From: Polaromonas sp.
Lineage (GTDB): Bacteria > Pseudomonadota > Gammaproteobacteria > Burkholderiales > Burkholderiaceae_C
Assembly: GCA_031365885.1 (NCBI GenBank)
Contig: JANLYY010000088.1
Location: forward strand, 1-53,446
DNA: 53,446 bases
Reading direction: 5' to 3'
Below are positions 12,085 through 21,754 of the stretch, piece by piece (position 1 is the first letter of the stretch; every line of letters starts with the position of its first letter). The notes under the pieces are model-generated. The model saw only the letters and a program-made list of their open reading frames with translations. It had not been told where the DNA came from and ran no database searches. The translations under genes and the position numbers were made by a program.

Positions 12085-12300
12085 TTACCTTTGCGCAAGA
12101 AAATACGCCGCCAAGGCATTGGCATGCCCATGACCCAACTTATGTTGTGTCTTGAGCAGGCTGACCAATTCCATGTGTTTAAGTTCGCCGGCTTGCTTCA
12201 AAACCGCCATCCAATGAGATACAGGTTCACCGTAGGTCTTCTCGATTGAAGGAAAGTAGGAAGCTGGGCCTTTGATTTTTTGGGTGGCGTTTGTAGTCAT
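12085..12300 (-). CDS. DUF4287 domain protein
   Basis: KGPASYFPSIEKTYG...LGHGHANAL. Confidence 0.88.
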   Translation of the reverse strand: MTTNATQKIKGPASYFPSIEKTYGEPVSHWMAVLKQAGELKHMELVSLLKTQHKLGHGHANALAAYFLAQR

Positions 12301-12321
12301 GGAAGTTTCTCCAGGGGTGCG

Positions 12322-13047
12322 TCACTTGTAGGTCAATTGCGGATGAAAATCGCCACGTCCTGCTGGCGTCAGATCCAGCATGTTCCAAAGCGAATCAAGC
12401 GCGTCGTTATGGCGATATTCCTGACCGGGTTCGGGTGGTACGTAAAGCAGTTCCGAGCCCCAGAAATGGCTGATCACTTCGCCGCGCCGGTGGAACACAT
12501 TGAGCATCGGCATGTCCCACTCTTCGCCAGCTTTGAACTCTTGCTGCTTGAGCACCGCAGAAGGCAAGCCCGATGAGTCGCCGAAATAGTCATGGTCGTA
12601 ACTGTTGCCGTGGGTGGACAGCAGGGGCAAGGTGCGCCAGCCACGCGCCCGGGCCAGAGCCAGAAGACGAGGCAGCGGTGACTTGGCTACAACGGCCAGG
12701 TTGATGCGCTGCGTGATGTGCTGCACCATGCCTACAAGGCCATCCAGAAAGTGCGTGCAGCCCGTGCATGGCAGTTCCCGCTCAGGCCCGAACATGAAGC
12801 TGTAAATCGCCAGCGTGTCCATGCCGGGCCTGAATAAGTCCGACAGCTTCGAAGGCCCATGGTCGCCATCGAACACATAATATTGCGCAACGGTGCCCCC
12901 CGCAGGCAGCGCCCTGCGAAGTTCCGCAACGCTTTCAATCTGTCGTCGAAGTGCCATTTCGTCGGTAAGAAGTTTGTTGCGTGCCGTGCGGTACTCGGCG
13001 CTCTCGCCCGGCATGGCGAGGTAGTGAAGAATTTGGTTGCCCATCAT
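12322..13047 (-). CDS. DUF899 thioredoxin-like protein
   Basis: GESAEYRTAR...RRALP, YSFMFGP, CTGC; GGAGAGA RBS before 13047. Confidence 0.88.
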   Translation of the reverse strand: MMGNQILHYLAMPGESAEYRTARNKLLTDEMALRRQIESVAELRRALPAGGTVAQYYVFDGDHGPSKLSDLFRPGMDTLAIYSFMFGPERELPCTGCTHFLDGLVGMVQHITQRINLAVVAKSPLPRLLALARARGWRTLPLLSTHGNSYDHDYFGDSSGLPSAVLKQQEFKAGEEWDMPMLNVFHRRGEVISHFWGSELLYVPPEPGQEYRHNDALDSLWNMLDLTPAGRGDFHPQLTYK

Positions 13048-13120
13048 TTCTCTCCGGTTTGAAGACACCTTGCCATCCAGAAATTGCTTTTCGGGGTCAG
13101 TCTGATCCCTGTTACCACGA

Positions 13121-13585
13121 TCAAGTCGGCTCGGATAGCAGGTAGCAGACTTCCGTACGTAACTCTGATGGGTCGTTACTTGGTCCGTAGCGTTCCCAAT
13201 TGGGACCAATCAGTTTCCGACCGATTGATTTCACAGCACGATGAAGCGCGAAGTGCGTCTCCAGCATCCGCTCATACGCGCCATGATGAATTAGCGTCGC
13301 AGTAGCCCCTCCAGGTGTCCAGTTGAGCAGGAGTCCAGCAGGTGCATCAAGTGGAGCAGACAGTTCGCGCCCTAGCCAACATGGTTCCCCATCCAAGCCG
13401 AACGGATTACGACCTTGCGGGTGATAAAGAGCGACTTGTAGTCCGAGTCCAACTAGACCGGCCGCCGCCGAAGAGAACCGCTCAATAAGGCTGTTCATGA
13501 CATTGGCTATGTTGTCCTGGCGGATTACACCGCTCAGGCAAAGGAACGGGCGCGGAGGATCGTGCCTGATTTGGAGTTCGCTCAT
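13121..13585 (-). CDS. GyrI-like small-molecule-binding domain protein
   Basis: PGGATATLIHHGAYE...GPNWERY...DPSELRTEVCYLL. Confidence 0.8.
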   Translation of the reverse strand: MSELQIRHDPPRPFLCLSGVIRQDNIANVMNSLIERFSSAAAGLVGLGLQVALYHPQGRNPFGLDGEPCWLGRELSAPLDAPAGLLLNWTPGGATATLIHHGAYERMLETHFALHRAVKSIGRKLIGPNWERYGPSNDPSELRTEVCYLLSEPT

Positions 13586-13838
13586 TAGGTCGTGGCCTTC
13601 GGTTGACGTGGTGACAGTTGAAGAAATCATAATGGTCGCTCCCAATGCTGTTGGTGGATTAAAACGAAATTAGGAGGTGTCACGTCTCGTCGTAGCTCAG
13701 GCTTGGTTACCTTCGGCGAGCAGCACGTCGCGCGCGACCCGATCTTCACGGCTCTCATGGGGGGAGCGAACGCCGATGTTTTGTTTGCAAGCTCATTTGA
13801 CGATCTGAGTTGTAGGTGAGCTCATGGTGGGTTGGCCC

Positions 13839-14255
13839 TCAAGCTTGTGACACTCCGACATTCACCATCCACGGCACGCCGAACTTGTCAGTCAACATGC
13901 CGAAAGAAGACGTCCAGAACGTTTTTATCAACGGCATCGTCACGTTGCCGCCTTCACCCAGTGCGTTAAAAACCTGTTTTGCCTCAGCATCGTCAGCCAC
14001 CTCGATCACCAGCGTCATGCCCTTGAACTCCGGCGTTTTTTCGCCCATACCGTCGTCGGCCATCAGTTGCGTTTCGCCAATACGAAAGGCAGCGTTCATG
14101 ATTTTTTCTTCATAACCGGGCGGCCCCTTCATATCTTTTTCGGGGCTTTCTTTCCAGCGCAGCAAGCCGGTGACTTCCGCGCCGACGGACTTTTTGTAGA
14201 ACTCCAGCGCCTCTTCGCAGCGGCCGCCAAAAGTTAGGTAGGCTTGAACTTTCAT
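13839..14255 (-). CDS. VOC family protein, PhnB-like
   Basis: YLTFGGRCEEALEFYK, FGMLTDKFGVPWMVN; AAGGAG RBS. Confidence 0.92.
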   Translation of the reverse strand: MKVQAYLTFGGRCEEALEFYKKSVGAEVTGLLRWKESPEKDMKGPPGYEEKIMNAAFRIGETQLMADDGMGEKTPEFKGMTLVIEVADDAEAKQVFNALGEGGNVTMPLIKTFWTSSFGMLTDKFGVPWMVNVGVSQA

Positions 14256-14388
14256 GGTCATCTCCTTGGGTAAATTAATAAAGTTGAACTGGGGAACGAT
14301 GGCGCAGGCGATGGTTGGCGCGCCGGTTGAACAAGGGGTTGGGTCACATCGCTCCAACCCGGCCTGCCTCGCTTTAGTTCCACACGGG

Positions 14389-15033
14389 TCATCCAGCCAT
14401 GACGCGCGCGCTGTAGGCTTCGATGGTCCGCCTCCACGCGGGCCGGGCAAGACACCGATCGCGGTACGACGCCAGGCCCGGAAACGGCGCAATCAGTGCT
14501 TGGTCGGCAATGCCTGCTGACAGCACATGCGCCATCAAGATGTCCGCGACGGTAAAACTTTCTGTTGCGATGAAATCGCGGTCAGCCAGCCAGCGCTCCA
14601 GATTCGTCAGCACCCGGTTCACCCAGCCGACCATAAACTCGCGGTGCTTGCCGCAGCCACCATCTGCCGTCCAGTCGAGCACCATCAAGCTTTGCAGCGG
14701 CGCCTCGACTGTCGTCAGCGCCGCGAAGCACCAGCGTATGACCTGCGCTTCGCCAGCGCGGTCATCCGGGAGCAGCCGTCCTGACTTTCTGGCCAGGTAG
14801 ATCAGGATGGCGGCCGATTCGGAAAGTACCACCCCGTCATCGTCAATTGAGGGGATCTGCTCGAAAGGGCTGAATTGTCGATTGGCCTCAGTGTTCAGCT
14901 CGTGTGCGGGGTGGTCCATGCCGACCAACTCGAAGGGAAGCTGCATTTCATCAAGCGCCCACAGTACGCGCAGGTCGCGCGTTCTGCCGCGCGCGAAAGC
15001 GTTGACCTTTAAGAAACTGGTGAGTTTGAGCAT
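14389..15033 (-). CDS. Glutathione S-transferase family protein
   Basis: RVLWALDE, PFEQIP, LSESAAILIYLA, FTVADI, ARPAWRR. Confidence 0.92.
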   Translation of the reverse strand: MLKLTSFLKVNAFARGRTRDLRVLWALDEMQLPFELVGMDHPAHELNTEANRQFSPFEQIPSIDDDGVVLSESAAILIYLARKSGRLLPDDRAGEAQVIRWCFAALTTVEAPLQSLMVLDWTADGGCGKHREFMVGWVNRVLTNLERWLADRDFIATESFTVADILMAHVLSAGIADQALIAPFPGLASYRDRCLARPAWRRTIEAYSARVMAG

Positions 15034-15113
15034 GGTGATGTTTCCGGGTTAAGTCTTCGCGCTGTGGTGAAGCCAGGTGGACAGGCGTGTAGTAGTCGGT
15101 TTGTGTGCTGTCG

Positions 15114-15467
15114 TTACTTGACCTGCAGCAGCGCCTCAAAGCCGCCAAAGATCATCCGTTTTCCGTCAAAGGGCATGTCGCCCAGCGCCTTCATGCGCGG
15201 GTCGCTCATGAACTTGGCGTTGCCGGCATCGCGCGCAGCTTTCGACGGCCACTCGATCCATGAGAACACCACGGTTTCGGTTTTCTCGGCCTTCACTGCC
15301 ATTTTGAAATCGGTCAGCTTGCCGTCGGGCACATCGTCGCCCCAGCATTCCACGACTCGGACGGCGCCGTGTTCTTTGAACAATGCTGCGGCCGTGGCAG
15401 CCATGGCCCGGTAGGCCTCTTTTTTTCCGGTCGGTACGGGGACGATAAATCCGTCGATATAGCTCAT
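15114..15467 (-). CDS. DUF1428 (YbaA) family protein
   Basis: [30 protein letters not shown]; AGGAG RBS. Confidence 0.92.
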   Translation of the reverse strand: MSYIDGFIVPVPTGKKEAYRAMAATAAALFKEHGAVRVVECWGDDVPDGKLTDFKMAVKAEKTETVVFSWIEWPSKAARDAGNAKFMSDPRMKALGDMPFDGKRMIFGGFEALLQVK

Positions 15468-15563
15468 GGGGTTCTCCTGTCTGAAAAACTTTGATTCGCC
15501 ATCGGGGTTGTCAACAGGGGGCCCCTGACGGCACCGCAGCATATAAAAAAGTTCCAATAAACT

Positions 15564-15617
15564 TTTTGTGTACACCGTCCACAAAAGATTAACATAGATA
15601 ATGGACGCTGTCCACAT
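15564..15617. promoter_or_regulatory. Two palindromic operators between the detox cluster and divergent tetR
   Basis: ttttgtgtac-acc-gtccacaaaa (15564-15586) and tggac-gct-gtcca (15602-15614). Confidence 0.7.
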
Positions 15618-15627
15618 AAGAGCGTTC

Positions 15628-16284
15628 ATGCATCAATCCATCATCACCAACCTGAAGAACTCCCGTCGCAGCACCTACCGCCATGGCGACCTGCGCCGTG
15701 CGCTGCTCGATGCGGGCATTGAGCTGGCGCGCGCGGGCGGGCCCGACGCGGTGGTGCTGCGCGAAGCCACGCGCCGCGCGGGCGTGGCGCCGAACGCGGC
15801 CTACCGGCATTTCGCCAGCCGCGAGGCGCTGCTACAGGCGGTGCGGGCGTCAGCGCTGTCGGCCGTTGCCCGGGCCATGGAAGCGGAGCTTGACACCATT
15901 GCCCCCGACCTTCCGCACGCCGCCCTGGCCCGGGCCAGCGTGCGTGCGGTGGGCACCGGCTACCTGCGTTTCGCGGTGGCAGAAACCGGGCTCTTCCGCA
16001 CCGCGTTCGGGCCGTCCAGGCAATTGATACAGGCCACGCCGGAGCTGCCCACCGATGGCAACAGCGGGCTGAACCCGTATGAGTTGCTGGGCGCCGCGCT
16101 CGATGAACTGGTCGCCGCAGGCGTCATGCCCGCCGAACGCCGGCCGGGAGCCGAATTTCTGGCCTGGTCGGCTGTTCATGGTCTGGCCGTGCTGGTGGTC
16201 GATGGTCCGCTGGCCAGCGCGGTCGGCCCGCAGATGGCGCAGGTCGGCCAGCGCTTGCTCGACATGGTGGAAAAAGGCCTGTAG
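15628..16284 (+). CDS. TetR family regulator (WHG-type C-terminus)
   Basis: [33 protein letters not shown]. Confidence 0.93.
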   Translation: MHQSIITNLKNSRRSTYRHGDLRRALLDAGIELARAGGPDAVVLREATRRAGVAPNAAYRHFASREALLQAVRASALSAVARAMEAELDTIAPDLPHAALARASVRAVGTGYLRFAVAETGLFRTAFGPSRQLIQATPELPTDGNSGLNPYELLGAALDELVAAGVMPAERRPGAEFLAWSAVHGLAVLVVDGPLASAVGPQMAQVGQRLLDMVEKGL

Positions 16285-16293
16285 CCGCTGGCT

Positions 16294-16333
16294 AAGCATC
16301 AGCGCGCACCGGCTGCCGGGCTCGCTGATGCTT
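16294..16333. terminator. Long hairpin after tetR
   Basis: aagcatcagcg...ccggctgccgg...cgctgatgctt between convergent genes; no T-tract. Confidence 0.45.
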
Positions 16334-16363
16334 GCGCGCTGATAATAATAGTAAAAAGTGCCC

Positions 16364-16406
16364 TAGCCCAGGCAGAACGTGCGCAAGCAGCTATTAAAAA
16401 CATAGC
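16364..16406 (+). repeat. 43-bp dispersed element, copy 5
   Basis: tagcccaggcagaacgtgcgcaagcagctattaaaaacatagc. Confidence 0.9.
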
Positions 16407-16452
16407 GGATTATCGCAGAAACCAGTCGGCTAGCGGGGCGACTGCGGGCGGT

Positions 16453-16824
16453 TCAGGCGGTGTAGCGTTTTTTGCCGCGAACACCGTGCTGCTTTAGCAG
16501 CTGCGCTGGTAGCGAGCCTTCAAACAAGGGGGTGATGTCGCCCGTCATGATGCGGTGGGCTCTTTCATCGCCATGCAGCGCTGCCAGCGTTTGCATGATG
16601 TCGGGACGCAGATACCACAGGTCTTCCAGCGCCAGGGTGCGGGCCACGCGGCGCAGCAGCGGCGCGCCTTCGGCCAGGCCGCGCTGCTTCAGCGTCTTGA
16701 TGATGCGCAGCCGGATTTCAATGACTTTTGCCTCTTTGGACATGTCATGGGTAGATTCGTCGTCACCCATCAGCCAGCCCATGAAGCTTTCTGAAAGGCT
16801 GGGTTTTTTTTTCTCGCGCCACAT
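16453..16824 (-). CDS. Hypothetical protein
   Basis: GGGGAGA RBS before MWREKKK; protein-like LWYLRPDIMQTLA...ITPLFEG. Confidence 0.7.
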   Translation of the reverse strand: MWREKKKPSLSESFMGWLMGDDESTHDMSKEAKVIEIRLRIIKTLKQRGLAEGAPLLRRVARTLALEDLWYLRPDIMQTLAALHGDERAHRIMTGDITPLFEGSLPAQLLKQHGVRGKKRYTA

Positions 16825-16894
16825 AATTTTTGTCTCCCCTCGCCCGGCCCGGAACTTCGGCGGCCGCGCCAAAGCAGTTCCCCAGCTTGTACGC

Positions 16895-16911
16895 AGCACA
16901 AGTTATGCCAG
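16895..16911 (-). promoter_or_regulatory. Sigma54 (-24/-12) promoter
   Basis: Minus strand CTGGCATAACTTGTGCT with exact GG-N10-GC spacing, about 70 nt upstream of the 16824 start. Confidence 0.65.
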
Positions 16912-16971
16912 CCTGAATACGCCTGAAAAATCCTTATAAAACAGGTGCTTAGTCAACTGTTCTTCGGGGAA

Positions 16972-17032
16972 TTGGGTTTTTTCACCGCGATTCGACAACA
17001 GCTGACCCCCACGATTGGGTTATTTGCCCCAA
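16972..17032. promoter_or_regulatory. Pair of candidate upstream activator sequences
   Basis: ttggg-ttttttca-ccgcg (16972-16989) and palindromic ttggg-ttatttgc-cccaa (17015-17032), 43 bp apart. Confidence 0.5.
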
Positions 17033-17073
17033 ATTCACACCCGCTGACGTAACAATAGGTAATACTGGCGTTC

Positions 17074-18444
17074 ATGAACAAGGTGGTTGATCCGGCAGAC
17101 CGGTTTAGTTTGAGGCGTCGATTTGCTGTGGCGAGTCTTGGCGTCATCGTGGTTATTGGCATCGGCCTGGGCTGGCTGCTTTCGAACATGCTGACAGACC
17201 GCCTGCTCAAGCGCGAAGGTGCTGTCATGGACGACTTTATCCGGCTGATTCTTCGAACCGAATACGCCGAGGCCTATTTCATCGAGCCAGACAATCCCGA
17301 GCTGCGGCTGCGCTTCCTCAAGGCCATGACGCATGTGGAAGAAATTACCGAGCCGGTGCGCGTCAATGCTTTCCGGACTGACGGCACGGTGCTGTGGTCT
17401 ACCGACAAAACACTGGTGGGCCGGCGGTTTCCGGTCAATGACGAGCTTGAAGAGGCCATGCGCGGCCAGACGGTTGTCAGCAGCGGCAATGCGCGCTTTG
17501 GCTTGCCTGACAAGGAAGAGCACGAGGGGCTGGCGCTGTATGGCAGCAACTTTGTCGAAAGCTATGTGCCGATTCGCAGGGATAGCCGGGACCGTGGCGG
17601 TGAGGTCATCGGCGTGATGGAGTTCTACAAGATTCCGCTGCAGCTCAACGAGTCCATTCGCGAAGGCATTGTGCGGCTGTGGCTGGCTTGCCTGGCCAGC
17701 GCCATCGTGCTGTTCACCACGCTGTACTGGATCGCCTCGCGGGCCGACCAGGTGATGCGCCAGCAGCAGGCGCGCCTGGCCGAAGCGGCAACGCTGGCGA
17801 CAGCGGTCGAACTGGCCAGCGCGGTGGCGCACAACCTGCGCAATCCGCTGGCCTCGATTCGCGTGTCGGCTGAAATGCAGCAGCAGCGCGATGTCACGCC
17901 GCCAGAGGCGGTCGAGCACAGCCACGACATCACGCAGGCGGTGGATCGGGCTGACCGCTGGATATCCGAACTGGTCCGCGTTGCGCAGGCGCCGCACCTG
18001 ATGCCCGAGCCGGTGCCGGTGGCGCCGCTGGTCCACGGCTGCCTGCACGAGATGCAGTCGGAATTCATTCGGTGTCGCATTGCGCTGCAGGTCGCCGGCG
18101 GACCCGACGTCAGCGTGGTCGCGCACCCGGCCATGCTGCGCCAGATCATCCTGAGCGTGATTGCCAACGCCGTCGATGCCATGGGGCAGGGCGGCGTGAT
18201 GAAAGTGCGCTGGCAGCAACAAGGGCAGACGGCCCTCCTGATGCTGTCGGACAACGGATGCGGCGTGTCGGAAGACGCCCGCCAGCGACTGTTCCGGCCG
18301 TTTTTCTCAACCAAAAGCGGTGGCCTGGGCATCGGCCTGGCGCTGGTCAAACGCATGGTCGAGCAGTGGCAGGGCAGCGTCACGCTGACCGCCGTGGCGC
18401 CGCATGGCACCGCCGTGGAAATTCGTTTGCCGGTGGCGAGCTGA
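17074..18444 (+). CDS. Sensor histidine kinase
   Basis: Two TM segments, H-box VAHNLRNPL, N-box NAVDAM, DNGCG, FFSTK, GLGIGL. Confidence 0.95.
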   Translation: MNKVVDPADRFSLRRRFAVASLGVIVVIGIGLGWLLSNMLTDRLLKREGAVMDDFIRLILRTEYAEAYFIEPDNPELRLRFLKAMTHVEEITEPVRVNAFRTDGTVLWSTDKTLVGRRFPVNDELEEAMRGQTVVSSGNARFGLPDKEEHEGLALYGSNFVESYVPIRRDSRDRGGEVIGVMEFYKIPLQLNESIREGIVRLWLACLASAIVLFTTLYWIASRADQVMRQQQARLAEAATLATAVELASAVAHNLRNPLASIRVSAEMQQQRDVTPPEAVEHSHDITQAVDRADRWISELVRVAQAPHLMPEPVPVAPLVHGCLHEMQSEFIRCRIALQVAGGPDVSVVAHPAMLRQIILSVIANAVDAMGQGGVMKVRWQQQGQTALLMLSDNGCGVSEDARQRLFRPFFSTKSGGLGIGLALVKRMVEQWQGSVTLTAVAPHGTAVEIRLPVAS

Positions 18445-18472
18445 AACCGCCTCTTGACCCTTGAGATCGCCC

Positions 18473-19861
18473 ATGGCCAACATTTTGATCATTGAAGATG
18501 AAGTCACGCTGGCCAGAAACATGGCCCGTTATTTTGAAAACCTCAAGCACACCGTCGCCATGGCCCATGACGGCCCGGCGGGTATTGAAGCGGCCAGACG
18601 TACCATGCCTGAAGTGGCCATCGTTGACTACCAGTTGCCGGGGCTCGACGGTATTGAAGTGATTCGCGCGCTGCGTGCCAATGACGATCAGATCCGGATC
18701 GTCATGGTGACCGGCTTCGCCAGCGTGCCGGTGGCGATTGACGCGATGAAGGCCGGTTCGTTCGATCTGCTGACCAAACCGGTGGCGCTGGCGGCGCTGC
18801 GCGCGGTGGTCGACCGGGCACTGGCCGAGTCGGGTAACCGCAAGGCGCTGCAGTACTACCAGAGCCGGCAGGCCGGTGAAGCCGGGCTCGATGCGCTGGT
18901 TGGCGCGTCACCACCAATGCACGCGCTGCGCACGCTGGTGCGCACGCTGGCCATCAGCGAGCCCACCGACAATTCGCCGGTGGCGCCGATTCTGGTGCTC
19001 GGCGAAACCGGTTCGGGCAAAGAGCTGGTCGCGCGGGCTTGCCATTTCGCCGGGCCGCGGGCGCAGGCGCCGTTTGTCGAAATCAATTGCGCTGCGCTGC
19101 CCACCCATCTGATGGAAGGCGAGTTGTTCGGTTATGAAAAAGGCGCGTTCACGGATGCGCAGGCGCGCAAGATCGGGCTGATTGAAGCAGCTGATGGTGG
19201 CACGCTGCTGCTCGACGAGATTGGTGAGCTTGACCTGACGCTGCAGGGCAAGCTGCTGCGTGTGCTGGAAAACCTGCGCGTGCGCCGTCTGGGCGCGGTA
19301 CAAGACCGACTGGTCAATGTGCGCGTAGTGGCCGCCACCAACCGCGACCTCGACGACCTGGTGGCCGCCGGCAAGTTTCGCAGTGACCTGTTGTACCGCC
19401 TGCGCGTGTTCCAGATCAACCTGCCGCCGCTGCGCGCGCGCGGCGACGATGTGCTGCTGCTGGCCAAGCGCTTCATCGCGCAGATTGCCGCACGCTACGC
19501 CAAGCAGGCGCCCACGCTCGACGACAGTGCCGTGCAGGCCTTGCGCCAGCATCGCTGGCCGGGCAATGTGCGGGAACTGCGCAATGTCATCGAGCGCGCG
19601 GTGCTGCTTGGCAATGCACCGCATCTGGGCGCGGCCGATCTGGGGTTGCCGCAGGGACTGTCGGCTGCAGTTGAGATTCTGTCAACGCATGCCGATACCG
19701 CATCGGCGGCTGGAACCTCACTTGAAGCAATGGAACGCCAGCATCTCGTCGCCGCGCTGCAGCAGGCCGGCTGGAACGTCACCAAAGCGGCGCGGGTACT
19801 GCAGATCAGCCGTGACACCTTGCGTTACCGTATTGAAAAACACGGGCTGCGTGCGGATTAG
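18473..19861 (+). CDS. Sigma54-dependent response regulator (NtrC/AtoC family)
   Basis: Receiver domain, GETGSGKE, GAFTDA, LLLDEIG, WPGNVREL, Fis-type HTH. Confidence 0.96.
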   Translation: MANILIIEDEVTLARNMARYFENLKHTVAMAHDGPAGIEAARRTMPEVAIVDYQLPGLDGIEVIRALRANDDQIRIVMVTGFASVPVAIDAMKAGSFDLLTKPVALAALRAVVDRALAESGNRKALQYYQSRQAGEAGLDALVGASPPMHALRTLVRTLAISEPTDNSPVAPILVLGETGSGKELVARACHFAGPRAQAPFVEINCAALPTHLMEGELFGYEKGAFTDAQARKIGLIEAADGGTLLLDEIGELDLTLQGKLLRVLENLRVRRLGAVQDRLVNVRVVAATNRDLDDLVAAGKFRSDLLYRLRVFQINLPPLRARGDDVLLLAKRFIAQIAARYAKQAPTLDDSAVQALRQHRWPGNVRELRNVIERAVLLGNAPHLGAADLGLPQGLSAAVEILSTHADTASAAGTSLEAMERQHLVAALQQAGWNVTKAARVLQISRDTLRYRIEKHGLRAD

Positions 19862-19879
19862 CCGGGCCATCCATCACTT

Positions 19880-20599
19880 TCATGAAAGCGCTTCGTTCAG
19901 TTTCCGGGCATCCACAAGCGCCTGCGTGATGTCTTCGCAAAGCGCCGTCCAGGCCTTGCCGCCGGTGATGACAAAGTGCTGGTTCACCTCCAGCTCCATG
20001 CCCAGGTACTGAGCGGCCGGATGGCGTTTTCGCAGCAGCGCCGTCAGCCCGTCGCCCTTGCCCTGATAAGGGTAGTTGCGCCGCAGCGTCAGGTCGGGCC
20101 GCAAACGCCCAAATGCCGTCAGCCACTGCAGTGCAAACGCCCCTTCGCCCGCACGGCGCGGGTCATACAACCAGCCCACATCAGCGCGCCGCACCACGCC
20201 ATGCAATTGGGGTGTAAAGCTGTGCGAGGCAATATGCATCACGCGCTGGCCGGCCGCAATCAGCCGCTCCACTTCGCCTTCCACCGCATCGCGATACGGC
20301 TGGTAATGCACCGCCACAATGCAGCGCCGCGTCGCCAGCGGCTGGCTGCGCGTGGCTTCCGAGTACAGCTGGCGGTGTCCGATGGAGCGGTTCAGATCAA
20401 TCAGCAGGCGTGTCGTAGTGGCGGCAAAGAGGGGCGCATCAACGGCTGCGGCCAACTGTTGGGCCAGCGTCAGCGCGCCGAAGTCCCAGCCGCGATGGGT
20501 TTGAAGCAGTGCTTCGTGGCCAACGAAAAGCGGTGCATAGTCGGCTGGGACCGTATTCCCGCCATGCTCGCAACTGATGATGAACGCGGTGTCGTTCAC
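19880..20599 (-). CDS. N-formylglutamate amidohydrolase family protein
   Basis: SCEHGGN, HRGWDFGA, TRLLIDLNRS, HSFTP, NYPY, ELEVNQ. Confidence 0.9.
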   Translation of the reverse strand: MNDTAFIISCEHGGNTVPADYAPLFVGHEALLQTHRGWDFGALTLAQQLAAAVDAPLFAATTTRLLIDLNRSIGHRQLYSEATRSQPLATRRCIVAVHYQPYRDAVEGEVERLIAAGQRVMHIASHSFTPQLHGVVRRADVGWLYDPRRAGEGAFALQWLTAFGRLRPDLTLRRNYPYQGKGDGLTALLRKRHPAAQYLGMELEVNQHFVITGGKAWTALCEDITQALVDARKLNEALS

Positions 20600-21429
20600 A
20601 CCGCGTTGCCGTTGTTGTCCACTTCGTACGTAGTGACCTGAAATTTCTGCAGCGTGTTCTGACCGAAGGCCATCGTGATCGGCACGTCGCCCGCGTCACG
20701 GCCCCGCGCTATCAGGACGCGTCCGATGCGCGGCGTGTTGTGGCGCGCATCAAAGGTGTACCAGCGGCGGTCCAGAAAGACCTCGAACCAAGCGCTGAAA
20801 TCCATTGGGTAAGGCACCGGCGCAATGCCAATGTCGCCCAGGTAGCCGGTGCAATAGCGCGCCGGAATATTCATGCAGCGGCACAGCGTCACGGCCAGGT
20901 GCGTGTAGTCGCGGCACACGCCAACCCGCTCGCGCCAGCCTTCGACGGCCGTGCGCGTGGCGCGGGCGGCGTTGTAGTCGAAGCGAATGTGCTGGTGTAC
21001 ATAGTCGCAAATCGCGTGTACGCGCGGCCAGCCTTTAGGCGTTTGTCCAAACTGGTTCCATGCAAACTGCAGCAGTTCGCTGTCAACTTCACAGTAGCGG
21101 CTCGGTAGCAAAAACTGCAGCGTCTCGGCCGGCAAATCCGTCGGGTCATGCTGCCACGCCGCCGGGTTCACTTCGTCCGGCAGTCCTGAGTCGCGAATGA
21201 TGGACTCGCTGTAAAACCGCACCTGGCTGACGCCGGCAAACGCATTCACGCGCCCGCACTGGTTGCCGTACGCGTCGAGGTATTCGCCCGCAAACACATT
21301 GGGCTGCACCCACACCTGCCCTGGCGCCCACAGGTCGGAGTGCCGTGACGGATGCACATGCAGCAAATAGATCAGCGCCATCGGCGACTCGATGGCGAGC
21401 TGGATGTTGAAGCCAATCTTGATATTCAT
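20596..21429 (-). CDS. Transglutaminase-like family protein
   Basis: FLLPSRYC, GVCRDYTHL, PARYCTGYLGDIG, DFSAWFEV, GRDAGDV. Confidence 0.92.
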   Translation of the reverse strand: MNIKIGFNIQLAIESPMALIYLLHVHPSRHSDLWAPGQVWVQPNVFAGEYLDAYGNQCGRVNAFAGVSQVRFYSESIIRDSGLPDEVNPAAWQHDPTDLPAETLQFLLPSRYCEVDSELLQFAWNQFGQTPKGWPRVHAICDYVHQHIRFDYNAARATRTAVEGWRERVGVCRDYTHLAVTLCRCMNIPARYCTGYLGDIGIAPVPYPMDFSAWFEVFLDRRWYTFDARHNTPRIGRVLIARGRDAGDVPITMAFGQNTLQKFQVTTYEVDNNGNAV

Positions 21430-21754
21430 GAGATGCCTGATCAAAAAAATTGAAAGGCGTTGAGATGCGATTTAAACCGTCTCGGGCACAAACTGCCTGA
21501 CCTGAAGACCCATCCTAAGGCTTAAGTATGAAGGTCTGCGTCATTGACGAACAGTCTAGCAATAGCCGCGCCGCTGTGGGACGCTGGCGGTAGTCAAAGA
21601 AAAATTAGTCCTACGAGATCTCGACTGTTCCGCCATGTAAAGCGCAGGTAGTGTGCTGCAACGGTGTGTGTGCTGGGTCAACACGGCAGCACCACGACTC
21701 GTTGAACAGGGGCATCTGAAAACAGATGATTCAGTAACTCATCAAAGGACTCTT

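Noticed and set aside
11128-15467. Integron cassette array
   Set aside because: The genes are cassette-like, but I found no RYYYAAC...GTTRRRY attC structures between them and no intI.
16271-16286. Fifteenth repeat copy at the tetR stop (aaaaaggcctgtagcc)
   Set aside because: Only the 5' flank matches, the rest of the element is absent, and the sequence is explained by the coding end EKGL*.
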